From Candidatus Niyogibacteria bacterium CG10_big_fil_rev_8_21_14_0_10_46_36 (GTDB taxonomy: Bacteria > Patescibacteriota > Minisyncoccia > 1-14-0-10-42-19), in the NCBI GenBank assembly GCA_002772995.1, contig PFCO01000001.1, positions 64,244 through 128,243 on the forward strand: a DNA stretch of 64,000 bases. Direction: 5' to 3'. The position numbers and the translations under genes were made by a program. Of this stretch, positions 20,099 through 32,347 are shown in pieces. Each line of letters starts with the position of its first letter. Position 1 is the stretch's first letter. The notes under the pieces were generated by a model. It made no database searches. It saw nothing but the letters and a program-made list of their open reading frames with translations, and was not told where the DNA came from.

Positions 20099-20629
20099 TT
20101 AATCATATCGTTTTTTTGACTGTTCAAAAAATTTTTTTTGAAAATATGCAGCGACCTCCTCTTGATTGAATTCTTTCGTAATGCGCTTTGCTTTTGCTAT
20201 ATCGGCATACGGAACGCCGCGGATATAACTCATGAGCATATACTTCGTCATTGAGAACATCGGGCTCGGCAGCTCATCTACGGGAAACCAGCTCCATGCC
20301 TCGCACTTTTCCGGTTCCATTACGCAAGGCTCGCCCCCCTCCCAGTCCGCGACATACCCTAAATGCGTGTATTGCTTCGTCGGATCCTCATGGACATAGT
20401 GCGCTTCGTGCGCAAGACAAAAATAACACAAATGCCCTATCCGTAACGCATCTCCTGTTTCCTCTTTTAATTCGCGCGACACTGCATCTTCCCAAGATTC
20501 TCCCAGCTCAACCAAACCTCCCGGGAACGCCCATTCTCCCGCCCCGTGTGATCCTTTCCGCTTCCCCAAAAGAATGAGATCGCTTTTGAATATCATCACT
20601 CCGATACCGGTATATGGACCTCTCTGCAT
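20099..20629 (-). CDS. Nudix hydrolase, NUDT15-like
   Basis: LLGKRKGSHG, Nudix box GGLVELGESWEDAVSRELKEETG, MEPEKCEAWSW. Confidence 0.9.
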   Translation of the reverse strand: MQRGPYTGIGVMIFKSDLILLGKRKGSHGAGEWAFPGGLVELGESWEDAVSRELKEETGDALRIGHLCYFCLAHEAHYVHEDPTKQYTHLGYVADWEGGEPCVMEPEKCEAWSWFPVDELPSPMFSMTKYMLMSYIRGVPYADIAKAKRITKEFNQEEVAAYFQKKFFEQSKKRYD

Positions 20630-20798
20630 AACTCTATGCCTCCTTGTAAATGAACATTTTATTGTAGAAAAAGTATACCCCGCTGGCAGTCTGATTGTCT
20701 AGTGGAAAAACTTTTATTGAAATAGATGCCCGCGATTGCGCGATTCTTTGTTTTTTCTGTACAAAATTTCGGCCGGGGTATATCATAAACCGTATATT

Positions 20799-21233
20799 AT
20801 GAAAGTACGAATCAAAAGGATTGATAAAACGCTCCCACTCCCTGTATACCAAACGACGGGAGCAGCTGCATTTGATCTCTACGCGCGCACTGATACCGTC
20901 GTGGAGCCGCAGTCTCTTGCGTATATTCCCACCAATCTGATCATCGAATCACCTCAAAATCATGTTCTTATTCTTGCCTCTCGGAGCAGCTCTCCCAAAA
21001 AGGGACTTTTGATACCGCACGGCATCGGTGTCATTGACTCCGACTATTGCGGAGATAGCGATGAGATCCTTTTCCAAGTGCTTAACTTTACCGATGCACC
21101 TGTCACCATACAACGCGGAGACCGTATCGGCCAGGGAATGTTCGTGAGGCTTTCGCGTGCGCTTTCGTGGGATGAGCAAGAATCCATGGATAAAAAAAGC
21201 AGGGGCGGATTTGGCAGCACCGGAACAGCATAA
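20799..21233 (+). CDS. dut: Trimeric dUTP diphosphatase
   Basis: AAFDL, SRSS, GVIDSDYCG, GDRIGQ, RGGFGSTG; start at ATG 20799. Confidence 0.95.
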   Translation: MKVRIKRIDKTLPLPVYQTTGAAAFDLYARTDTVVEPQSLAYIPTNLIIESPQNHVLILASRSSSPKKGLLIPHGIGVIDSDYCGDSDEILFQVLNFTDAPVTIQRGDRIGQGMFVRLSRALSWDEQESMDKKSRGGFGSTGTA

Positions 21234-21260
21234 AAACCGATGCGTATGCATCGGTTTTTT
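21232..21260. terminator. Bidirectional terminator
   Basis: AAAAACCGATGC-GTAT-GCATCGGTTTTT. Confidence 0.85.
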
Positions 21261-21264
21261 CGTA

Positions 21265-21849
21265 TTATGTTTTTTTTGTGCGCAGTCCCGCGTCCCTCTT
21301 TGGCAAAGCGCCGTCAAGCGGCACTTTGGTCACTTTGAGCCGGTAATTTTCTCTATGTAATATGCCGCCCTTGTTTGTCATATCATCAAATAACTGCTGG
21401 AAGAGTTGCTGATAATCGACATAGCGCTGCTCAAAGACAATATCTTTTCTTTTCAGCTCACTCATGAACTCTTTTCCTTTCGCGTTGTCATACTCGCCGT
21501 AACAAATAATCTTTTTTATTCCTACCGAAATAAGTGTCCGTAAGCATCGGATGCATGGCGTACCTACTATCATAACCGTTGCCCCTTCAAGCTGTTTCGG
21601 GTCGGTATTGAACACAGCATTCTCTTCGCTATGGTTGGTGCGCTCACAATGACCGTCAATCATAAGATGGCCCGCTTCGTCACAATGCGGCTCTCCGGGA
21701 AGCGACCCATTGTACCCAACTCCGACGATACGCTTGTTTTTTATTATGCCGCTTGCAATATGGAACCGATCGCAAGTCGACATAGGAGTATGGCATAAAA
21801 TAGAACACAAAAATACCCGCTCACGCTTTTCATCCCGTTCCTTGCTCAT
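21265..21849 (-). CDS. dCMP deaminase (ComEB family)
   Basis: STCDR, GYNGS, HSEENA, PCIRC zinc motif; AAGGAG SD before ATG 21849. Confidence 0.9.
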   Translation of the reverse strand: MSKERDEKRERVFLCSILCHTPMSTCDRFHIASGIIKNKRIVGVGYNGSLPGEPHCDEAGHLMIDGHCERTNHSEENAVFNTDPKQLEGATVMIVGTPCIRCLRTLISVGIKKIICYGEYDNAKGKEFMSELKRKDIVFEQRYVDYQQLFQQLFDDMTNKGGILHRENYRLKVTKVPLDGALPKRDAGLRTKKT

Positions 21850-21902
21850 GATATATGTCTCCTTTTGAATGTACTGCACCGTTATTGTATGTATTTCGGA
21901 AC

Positions 21903-21933
21903 AAAAAAACAACCCCGCCGTAAGCGGGGTTGT
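21903..21933 (-). terminator. Terminator after rplK
   Basis: ACAACCCCGC-CGTAA-GCGGGGTTGT with a T tract. Confidence 0.8.
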
Positions 21934-21953
21934 CCAATGTAATAGAACGTTGA

Positions 21954-22379
21954 TTACTTTACCTCTATGCCCATGGAACGCGCTGTGCCTTCTATGATTT
22001 TTGCCGCCTCGTCTACATCGTAAGCATTCAGGTCTTCCATTTTTGTTTCTGCAATTTCGCGCGCTTGTGCTTTGGTTATTTTCCCCACTTTTGTAGTAAG
22101 CGGGTTTGCCGCTCCCTTTTCAACACCTGCTGCTTTTTTGATAAGAAATGCTGCAGGCGATGTTTTTAGCTTAAAGTCAAAGCTGCGGTCTTCGTAAATA
22201 GTGAGCTCCGCCGGGATGATATCTCCAGCCCGGTCCTTGGTTGCATCATTGAACTTTGAACAAAATTCTCCGATGTTTATTCCATGCGGACCAAGCGCCG
22301 TTCCTACCGGAGGCGCAGGCGTAGCTTTCCCCGCGGGAAGCTGCAATTTTACGATGGATTTTATCTTTTTTGTTGCCAT
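21954..22379 (-). CDS. rplK: 50S ribosomal protein L11
   Basis: [28 protein letters not shown]. Confidence 0.98.
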   Translation of the reverse strand: MATKKIKSIVKLQLPAGKATPAPPVGTALGPHGINIGEFCSKFNDATKDRAGDIIPAELTIYEDRSFDFKLKTSPAAFLIKKAAGVEKGAANPLTTKVGKITKAQAREIAETKMEDLNAYDVDEAAKIIEGTARSMGIEVK

Positions 22380-22392
22380 AATAATATTGAAA

Positions 22393-22938
22393 TTATAGTT
22401 TCTTCATCTGAAGAATGTCAATCTCTACCGGTGTTTCGCGCCCGAACATACCAACAAGCACTTTTACCTTACCCCGCTCCTCATCAATTTCTGAAATTTT
22501 CCCTTCAAATTCTTTGAACGGACCGTCGGTAATACGGACTGGGTCACCGATAGAAACATCAATCTTAAATTTCGGTTCCTCAACGCCCATGCGCTTAAAG
22601 AGACCGTCTACTTCGTTCTTTGAAAGCGGTGTCGGCGTTGTGCCTGACCCGACGAACCCCGTCACGCGGGGAGTGTTCCGTACCACGTACCACGAATCAT
22701 CCGTTACCACCATTTCTACAAGAACATACCCGGGATATATTTTTTCTTCAACAATATGACGCTTACCGCCTTTTATTTTTATCTTTTTTTCCGTCGGGAC
22801 AAGAACGCTGAAGATTTTATCTTCCATGCCGAGCGACTCAATGCGCTGCTTGAGATTCCGAACAACCGCAGCTTCATATCCGGAATATGTATGAATTGCG
22901 TACCAATTCCTTCCCTGTTCTAACTGCTGTTTTCCCAT
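22393..22938 (-). CDS. nusG: Transcription factor NusG
   Basis: [43 protein letters not shown]. Confidence 0.98.
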   Translation of the reverse strand: MGKQQLEQGRNWYAIHTYSGYEAAVVRNLKQRIESLGMEDKIFSVLVPTEKKIKIKGGKRHIVEEKIYPGYVLVEMVVTDDSWYVVRNTPRVTGFVGSGTTPTPLSKNEVDGLFKRMGVEEPKFKIDVSIGDPVRITDGPFKEFEGKISEIDEERGKVKVLVGMFGRETPVEIDILQMKKL

Positions 22939-22941
22939 ATG

Positions 22942-23124
22942 TTACAAAAGCACCTCAAGGATAGATGTAAACGCAAAGTCCAGCACGCCCAAGAAAAGCG
23001 CAATCGCAATAGAAATGCCAATCACAAGAATAGTGTACCGGGTGGTCTCTGCGCGCGTCGGCCAAGTGACCTGCTTTAATTCAAGACGCGAACCTTTTAC
23101 GTAATCAACAAGTTTTTGAATCAT
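22942..23124 (-). CDS. secE: Preprotein translocase SecE
   Basis: ELKQVTWPT plus one TM helix; upstream of nusG. Confidence 0.95.
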   Translation of the reverse strand: MIQKLVDYVKGSRLELKQVTWPTRAETTRYTILVIGISIAIALFLGVLDFAFTSILEVLL

Positions 23125-23139
23125 AATGTCATCTATCTT

Positions 23140-23162
23140 AAAAAGCCCCGCAGGGGCTTTTT
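23140..23162. terminator. Terminator after gyrB
   Basis: AAAAAGCCCC-GCA-GGGGCTTTTT. Confidence 0.75.
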
Positions 23163-23215
23163 ATGTTCAATAATATCTACAGTATAAAGAAAAGGATGAA
23201 TTCTGTCAACGAACA

Positions 23216-26511
<3,296 letters not shown>

Positions 26512-26573
26512 GATACGCTAAGTATAGCCGAAAACAGGCCACTTGGAAAGCCTAAAAGGTGGAAAAATATATC

Positions 26574-26602
26574 AAAAAAAGGGCCTTACTAAGCCCTTTT
26601 TA
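26574..26602. terminator. Terminator after pyrH
   Basis: AAAAAGGGC-CTTACTAA-GCCCTTTTT. Confidence 0.7.
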
Positions 26603-26611
26603 TAGTCATTG

Positions 26612-27328
26612 TTAGAAAATTATCCGCGAGCCTATCTTCTCCCCCAAGAGAAGCCGTTTAAGATTGCCTTGCGTAAAAATATTAAAGACATGCGCAGGCT
26701 TCTTGAAACGGTTTAAAGAAAGCATCACTTCTTCAACTATCTCAAGCTCCTTATTCTTAACATCACGATAATCTATCTCCGGAAAGAAATGTGCGTCTTT
26801 ATGAAGTACCGGATCGCTATCGTAAATACCATCCACCTTAGTCCCCTTCAGTATGGCATCTGCCTTAATATCAACCGCGAGAAGCATCGCCGTTGAATCG
26901 GTAGTGAAGTTGGGACGCCCGCTTCCCCCGACCTGTATCACTATACGCCCTTTTTCAAGGTGGCGACGCGCCCGCTTATGGAAATACGGCTCCGCAATAT
27001 TTTTTGCCTCTATCGCACTCATAAGCCGCGGCGTTAAGCCGTACCCCTCCAACACATCGCCGAGCAGCACTCCGTTCATTATTGTCGCAAGCATGCCGAT
27101 ATAATCAGCGCTTGCATGGTCAAGGAAACGATCGTTCTCGCGTGAACGCCCTCTTAGTATATTGCCGCCGCCGAGCACAACCCCAATCTCTACCCCTAAG
27201 TCATGCGCTTCTTTTATTTCTTGCGCCGCAATTTCTGCGCGCGTTTCGCTTAAATTGCTTTCATCGTCACGGAATATCTCGCCTGTTAGCTTCAAAATAA
27301 TCCGTTTGTATATCGGCTCGCTTTTCAA
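26612..27328 (-). CDS. pyrH: Uridylate kinase
   Basis: LKLTGE, GGGNILRG, DYIGMLATIMN, FTTDS, DGIYDSDP; TTG start at 27328 after AAGGAGG. Confidence 0.92.
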   Translation of the reverse strand: MKSEPIYKRIILKLTGEIFRDDESNLSETRAEIAAQEIKEAHDLGVEIGVVLGGGNILRGRSRENDRFLDHASADYIGMLATIMNGVLLGDVLEGYGLTPRLMSAIEAKNIAEPYFHKRARRHLEKGRIVIQVGGSGRPNFTTDSTAMLLAVDIKADAILKGTKVDGIYDSDPVLHKDAHFFPEIDYRDVKNKELEIVEEVMLSLNRFKKPAHVFNIFTQGNLKRLLLGEKIGSRIIF

Positions 27329-27440
27329 TATGCTCCCTCCTTGTGTAAAAATATCTCTGCCAACGATATGAAAAACCAACTCACTTGTCAAATAAAAACC
27401 CCGCACACAGCGAGGCTTTTTATTTGGGTCCAAATGTATG

Positions 27441-28907
27441 TTATCGCTTTACTAGCGTAACTTTTACCGAAACGGTCGGACTAACATTATCTCGAAAACG
27501 CATATTTGCGGGTAAAATAAGCCGTGAAGAGAATGTTTTTGTCGCATCGAGCCCGTCTACGCTGATAGGCTGAGTAATAATGAATTCAGGGGGCACTATG
27601 CCCTCAGGGACTAACACGCCTACGCGGTCAGGCGTTATGGTTATTGAACTTATACGGTAACCGCTTGCTACAGTACCTTGGGTGTCTGTGCGCACCGAAA
27701 CATCAAAAGAATTGAATTTTTTCACCTGGACGGTTATCTGCGAAGGAACTACCTCAACCACCGAAAAGCTCGCTGGATGGATAATCATATCTTCGCTTAA
27801 CACAATAACATTACGCCCCTCCGAAAAATTTTTTGCGTCGACTGCAATCTCTATAAGCCGTTCGTCAATGCGCTCAAACGCAAGCTGGCCACGGCTTACA
27901 AAAGTAACAGTGACTTCGCGCGGTTCGGACTCCTGAATAAAGAGACGCTCCGGCAAATTACGGTACACGATGGGCAACGAGAAACTCCGCTGAACCGTTT
28001 CTGCCTGGAAAGAAAAGAAGAACCATATAACAAGCGCGCTCCCCACTGCAAGCAATTTAAGATACGAGTTGTGTTTTATAAAATCAGTCCACATAGAACC
28101 TACCGGACCTTGCGCCATATCTTTATAAAATTTTTTCAAAGATGATTCGAGTTCCTCAACGCTGCCAAGCTCCTTTAGTTTTCCGTTATGCGCAACGGAT
28201 ATCGTTCCGCGTTCCTCTGAAACAGATACCGCCAGAGCGTCCGTATGTTCGGCAATACCCAATGCTGCACTATGACGAGTCCCCCGCTTTCCTATCTGCT
28301 TAAAATTTGACGAGAGCGGCAAGTGTGCGCCAAGCCGTGCAATACGGTTTTTGCTAATAATTACCGCACCATCATGCCCGATAGAATGCGGATCAAAAAT
28401 GCTCTCTAAAAGCTCTTCGGAAATAAGACCGTCAATGCGCTTCCCTCCATCAAGAAAACGCTCGATATTTTCATTCCCCGGGAATACAATGAGCGCTCCC
28501 CGTTTTTCTTTTGCAAGCTTTGCCACGGCCTGCAATATTTCATTAACATCAAATGGGAAGATGGAGGTTTCCTGTTTGAGCTTAAACTGCCGCGTATTCC
28601 AGAAAGAAATGAACTCAAAAAATCGCCGGAGCTCCTGATTGAAAATAATGACAAGCACAACAATAAACACCGCAAAGAATGATTGCAGCACCAGCGAAGT
28701 GAGATACAGATGGAACGCCTGGGCAAGCGAATAAATGATAACCAAAATACCGATGCCGGCAAGAATTGGCCAAGAGTGCGTCCGCTTAAATAAGATGATT
28801 ATAATGTACAAAAAAAGCGCGATTATGAGCACGTCAAAAACATCAACAATACGGACATTGCTAAAAAATCCGTCTATTGAATACAAAGTAGCGAGTAATT
28901 CCTGCAT
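27441..28907 (-). CDS. dacA: Diadenylate cyclase (DacA/CdaA) fused to YbbR/CdaR-like domains
   Basis: Three TM helices, FNQELRR, HDGA, GTRHSAA, VSEERG; a further TM helix and beta-rich YbbR-like repeats. Confidence 0.88.
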   Translation of the reverse strand: MQELLATLYSIDGFFSNVRIVDVFDVLIIALFLYIIIILFKRTHSWPILAGIGILVIIYSLAQAFHLYLTSLVLQSFFAVFIVVLVIIFNQELRRFFEFISFWNTRQFKLKQETSIFPFDVNEILQAVAKLAKEKRGALIVFPGNENIERFLDGGKRIDGLISEELLESIFDPHSIGHDGAVIISKNRIARLGAHLPLSSNFKQIGKRGTRHSAALGIAEHTDALAVSVSEERGTISVAHNGKLKELGSVEELESSLKKFYKDMAQGPVGSMWTDFIKHNSYLKLLAVGSALVIWFFFSFQAETVQRSFSLPIVYRNLPERLFIQESEPREVTVTFVSRGQLAFERIDERLIEIAVDAKNFSEGRNVIVLSEDMIIHPASFSVVEVVPSQITVQVKKFNSFDVSVRTDTQGTVASGYRISSITITPDRVGVLVPEGIVPPEFIITQPISVDGLDATKTFSSRLILPANMRFRDNVSPTVSVKVTLVKR

Positions 28908-28990
28908 ATATGTATCATAACAAAAAGCCTGAAAGAGAAAAAATCCGCTCTTCACGGATTCTCCCAAAACCCTTCCGATGTTTATCTCCC

Positions 28991-29377
28991 TTATGGAGTA
29001 GCAAGCTGGCCGTCTATCTGTTCGAGCATTGCCTTTAGGTCGACATCAGCTTTTATAATGTACCCCCTTGCTCCCAGCGCCAGAGCTTCCGCAATTTTTT
29101 CCATATCTGACATCTGAGATAAAATAATCACCGACAAAGCACTCAGCTCCGGGTCTTGTTTCATCTTTTGCATAACGCCAACACCGGACAAATCCGGCAT
29201 CATGAGGTCAAGCAGAATGAGGTCGGGCTTTAGCTCCTTCGCTTTCGTGATACCTTTCTCCCCACTTGACGCAAGCTCTACCTGATAGGATGCATTGTGT
29301 TCTTTTAGAGCATCTGCAAGAACACGGCTCAGCGCTATATCGTCATCTATAATAAGAATTTTCTTTTGATACTCCAT
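28991..29377 (-). CDS. Single-domain response regulator receiver
   Basis: ILIIDDD, PDLILLDLMMP, GYIIK. Confidence 0.92.
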   Translation of the reverse strand: MEYQKKILIIDDDIALSRVLADALKEHNASYQVELASSGEKGITKAKELKPDLILLDLMMPDLSGVGVMQKMKQDPELSALSVIILSQMSDMEKIAEALALGARGYIIKADVDLKAMLEQIDGQLATP

Positions 29378-29387
29378 AATGGCATTA

Positions 29388-29753
29388 TTACGTTACTATT
29401 TTTTTGATACGCTCGGTCAGCGATTCTAAATTAAAATTCGCTTTTACTAAATAATCCTCAGCACCTATACGCTTCGCTTTTTCAATATGATCCCCCTCTC
29501 CGAACTGTGAAAGCATAAACACAGGAATGTCCTTTGTTTTGGGATCTTCTTTAATATGCGTTAAAAGCTCAAGACCATTCATCGGCTGCATCATAAAATC
29601 AAGAACAACTACATCAACATGCGTTTTTGCCAGATACTCAAGCGCCGCGGCACCACTTGTGCGCGTCACCACCTCAAAACCGCGTCCCTCAAACCAATCG
29701 GAGAGCACAGCTAAAAATGTTTTGTCATCATCAACGAGAAGAATTTTCGCCAT
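29388..29753 (-). CDS. Single-domain response regulator receiver
   Basis: LLVDDD, VLDFMMQPMNG, DYLVK. Confidence 0.92.
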   Translation of the reverse strand: MAKILLVDDDKTFLAVLSDWFEGRGFEVVTRTSGAAALEYLAKTHVDVVVLDFMMQPMNGLELLTHIKEDPKTKDIPVFMLSQFGEGDHIEKAKRIGAEDYLVKANFNLESLTERIKKIVT

Positions 29754-29756
29754 AGA

Positions 29757-30155
29757 CTATGATTTCTTTTCTCCCTCCGAAAGAATCGTTTCTATCTGGC
29801 TTATCATGCTCTCGAGACTAAAATCAGATTTTACCAGATACCCCTTAATACCGAGGCTCATTGTTTCAGATATCTTTTCGTAATCCGAAAGCTGGGAAAC
29901 AATAAGCACCGCCGTTGCTTTTATATCTTCGTGCTCCCGAAGCTTCTTTAAAAAATCTTCTCCCCGCATTTTGGGAAGTACGAGATCAAGCAAAATAAGG
30001 TCGGGTTTTTCTTGAGTCGCTTTTGTGAGCCCCTCTTCGCCGTCAACAGCAGTTATGATTTGGGTGAACCCATGTTGTGACAATCCGTCTTCAAGCACCT
30101 TTACAAAATTTGCATCATCTTCTACGATAAGGATCCTTTTTGTGTTCTTGTCCAT
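29757..30155 (-). CDS. Single-domain response regulator receiver
   Basis: IVEDD, PDLILLDLVLP, GYLVK. Confidence 0.92.
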   Translation of the reverse strand: MDKNTKRILIVEDDANFVKVLEDGLSQHGFTQIITAVDGEEGLTKATQEKPDLILLDLVLPKMRGEDFLKKLREHEDIKATAVLIVSQLSDYEKISETMSLGIKGYLVKSDFSLESMISQIETILSEGEKKS

Positions 30156-30175
30156 ATCCCATCACTATATCATTA

Positions 30176-31048
30176 TTAAAACGGAACGGTAAAGAAAAAT
30201 GTCGTCCCTTTATTTTCTTCGGAGCCCGCTCCAATAGTCCCTCCTGTATGGCGCACTAAATGGCGCGCTATCAAAAGGCTGATGCCATGTGCTCTTTTTA
30301 TTTTTTCAAGAAATGTCTCTCCCATTCCCTCATATTTCTTAAAAAGCAGCGGGAGGGTCTCCGTGGGTATGCCGACATCGCTATGCGTGATCACAACAAC
30401 CACTGCGTCGGCGTCTTCTCCTCCCTCGCTATACGTCGGCGGATACCATGTTATATTGTTGCGCTTCGCCTCCTTTGTTATGTCACCTCCCTTCGTGTGA
30501 CGAAACACATTTAGGACAATCTTCCCTCCTGGTTCATTAAACTTTATCGCGTTGGAAAGAAGAATGTTGATTGTGTCTGACACAACCCTTCCATCAAATG
30601 CAATGGAGGCAGGGACTTCTTTCCCAAAAGACATACGCACAGTAAGTCCTGCGTTCTTTATCGCAAGCGAAAAAAATGAAAGACGATCTTTGATAAGCTG
30701 TGTAATATCGCCATCTATTTTTTTGACCACCAATGTCCCCGCACCCAGCTTTGCCGCGTCAGAAATATTATTTATCAATACAAGCATTGCTAATGCGCTG
30801 TCGTGGATAAGCCCGGTGTACTGTGTCTTGCGCTCCTCTGTCATGGTACGAGAAGAAAGCATCAGCTCGCTCATCTTCTGTACATTGTCCAGTGGTCCCC
30901 TCAAATCATGCACCAAGAGAGATACGAGCTCCTGAAGAACTTTTTTGCTTCTTTCAGAAACAGCGCTTGCTTTTCTGCGCCAATACCATGCAGATATAAC
31001 AAGAAGAATGATGCATGCTATGAGAATGCCGTATACGAAAAAATCCAT
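30176..31048 (-). CDS. Membrane-anchored histidine kinase-like protein with degenerate ATP-binding boxes
   Basis: One TM helix, H-box VHDLRGPL, N-box NILLSNAIKF, altered G1 (THSDVGI) and G2 (AHGISL). Confidence 0.85.
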   Translation of the reverse strand: MDFFVYGILIACIILLVISAWYWRRKASAVSERSKKVLQELVSLLVHDLRGPLDNVQKMSELMLSSRTMTEERKTQYTGLIHDSALAMLVLINNISDAAKLGAGTLVVKKIDGDITQLIKDRLSFFSLAIKNAGLTVRMSFGKEVPASIAFDGRVVSDTINILLSNAIKFNEPGGKIVLNVFRHTKGGDITKEAKRNNITWYPPTYSEGGEDADAVVVVITHSDVGIPTETLPLLFKKYEGMGETFLEKIKRAHGISLLIARHLVRHTGGTIGAGSEENKGTTFFFTVPF

Positions 31049-31087
31049 GCGTTTAGTATAGCACTTTTTGTATCTAAGGAATGTGGA

Positions 31088-31126
31088 AAAACAAACAAAC
31101 CGCCGGTACGGCGGTTTGTTTGTTTT
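31088..31126. terminator. Terminator after the tRNA pair
   Basis: Perfect 18-bp stem AAAACAAACAAACCGCCG-GTA-CGGCGGTTTGTTTGTTTT. Confidence 0.85.
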
Positions 31127-31131
31127 ATGAG

Positions 31132-31206
31132 CGGGCGCGACCGGATTTGAACCGGCGATCTTCTCCGTGACAGGGAGACGTGTTAACCGGGCTACACCAC
31201 GCGCCC
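31132..31206 (-). tRNA. tRNA-Asp (GTC), CCA not encoded
   Basis: GGGCGCG acceptor stem, loop CTGTCAC, T arm GGTTCAAATCC, discriminator G. Confidence 0.95.
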
Positions 31207-31234
31207 ATATATAGATGCAAGCTATGCACCATTG

Positions 31235-31308
31235 TGCCGGGGGTGGGATTCGAACCCACGACCTAGGGCTTATGAGTCCCTCGCTCTAACCAACTGAGCC
31301 ACCCCGAC
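31235..31308 (-). tRNA. tRNA with CAT anticodon (elongator Met or Ile2), CCA not encoded
   Basis: GTCGGGG/CCCCGGC stem, loop CTCATAA, GGTTCGAATCC; paired 1-72, so not the initiator. Confidence 0.92.
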
Positions 31309-31402
31309 AATACACAAAACACTAGTCTATTGTTAAAAATATACCCTGTTTTTTATTTTTTTTCAAGAAGGGCGGGGCGCATGCGCAATCTTTTTTAGAG
31401 CG

Positions 31403-32323
31403 TCAAAGCCAGCGCTTATATACAAAAATACCGAAGAGACAAGCCGATATTACGCTTGTGATACTAACAATTATCCAAAATGCATGGTCCGACGCAGCAA
31501 GCGGAAGGCGGACATTCATACCATAAAAGCTGGCGATGATCATGGGCACGGTAAGGACAATGGTGAGCACGGTCAGCACTTTTATAATACGGTTCAGATT
31601 GTTCGTCATAATAGTAGAATAAGCACCCCGGATATTTACTATCAATTTTATGTTTGACGAACAGAGCTTTACCAGCTGATCATTGCTCAGCATAAAGTCT
31701 TCTATCAAGTCCTTATCTTCTTCATATAATGTAAGCGACTTCCCATGAAGCAAGGTGCGCAGACTGTCATTGATCGGGACAAGAGCCGATATAAAATCAT
31801 TCAAGATGTGCTCAAATGTCACAAATTGGATAATATCTTTGTTGTCTATCCGGTCAATGCTCACGCTCGTCCCCCGTATTTTTCTGCTGATATTATTCAA
31901 AAAACGATGATAAGCGTTGTTCACTTCAGATAATATCTGGAGCACTAATTTTGTTTTTTGGGTTGTGGAGAACTCTATTCTTTCATCTCTAAACTTCTCA
32001 AAAATGGGCAGATATTGCTCTGCAAGCGTGAGCACAAAATCTGTTCCAATCGCGATAAGAAGCGGCGCGGTGCTCGCTCTCCCTTCTACTTCATATGGTA
32101 CACGGATAAAAATATAGATTATAGAATCTTCAATCTCTAAACGAGGTACCTCATACGGATCCATGGCATCCTGCAAAAGCCCGATATCAAACGCATACGC
32201 GTCCGCAAGACGCTCCAGCTCTTCAGAAGTCGGCTTTTCTGCGTACAGCCAGGAACCCGCTCTGAATTCGTTGAGCGCTTTTATACTCTTATCTTTGAGT
32301 GCTTTGTGGTATATCGTAACCAT
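31403..32323 (-). CDS. corA: CorA-family Mg2+ transporter
   Basis: NNLNRIIKVLT, ASFYGMNV (GMN signature), two C-terminal TM helices. Confidence 0.92.
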   Translation of the reverse strand: MVTIYHKALKDKSIKALNEFRAGSWLYAEKPTSEELERLADAYAFDIGLLQDAMDPYEVPRLEIEDSIIYIFIRVPYEVEGRASTAPLLIAIGTDFVLTLAEQYLPIFEKFRDERIEFSTTQKTKLVLQILSEVNNAYHRFLNNISRKIRGTSVSIDRIDNKDIIQFVTFEHILNDFISALVPINDSLRTLLHGKSLTLYEEDKDLIEDFMLSNDQLVKLCSSNIKLIVNIRGAYSTIMTNNLNRIIKVLTVLTIVLTVPMIIASFYGMNVRLPLAASDHAFWIIVSITSVISACLFGIFVYKRWL

Positions 32324-32347
32324 GTGTATCTATGATACCGTTATTTG

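Noticed and set aside
31132-31400. tRNA pair as an integration site for an island
   Set aside because: No integrase and no duplicated tRNA 3' end seen in the window
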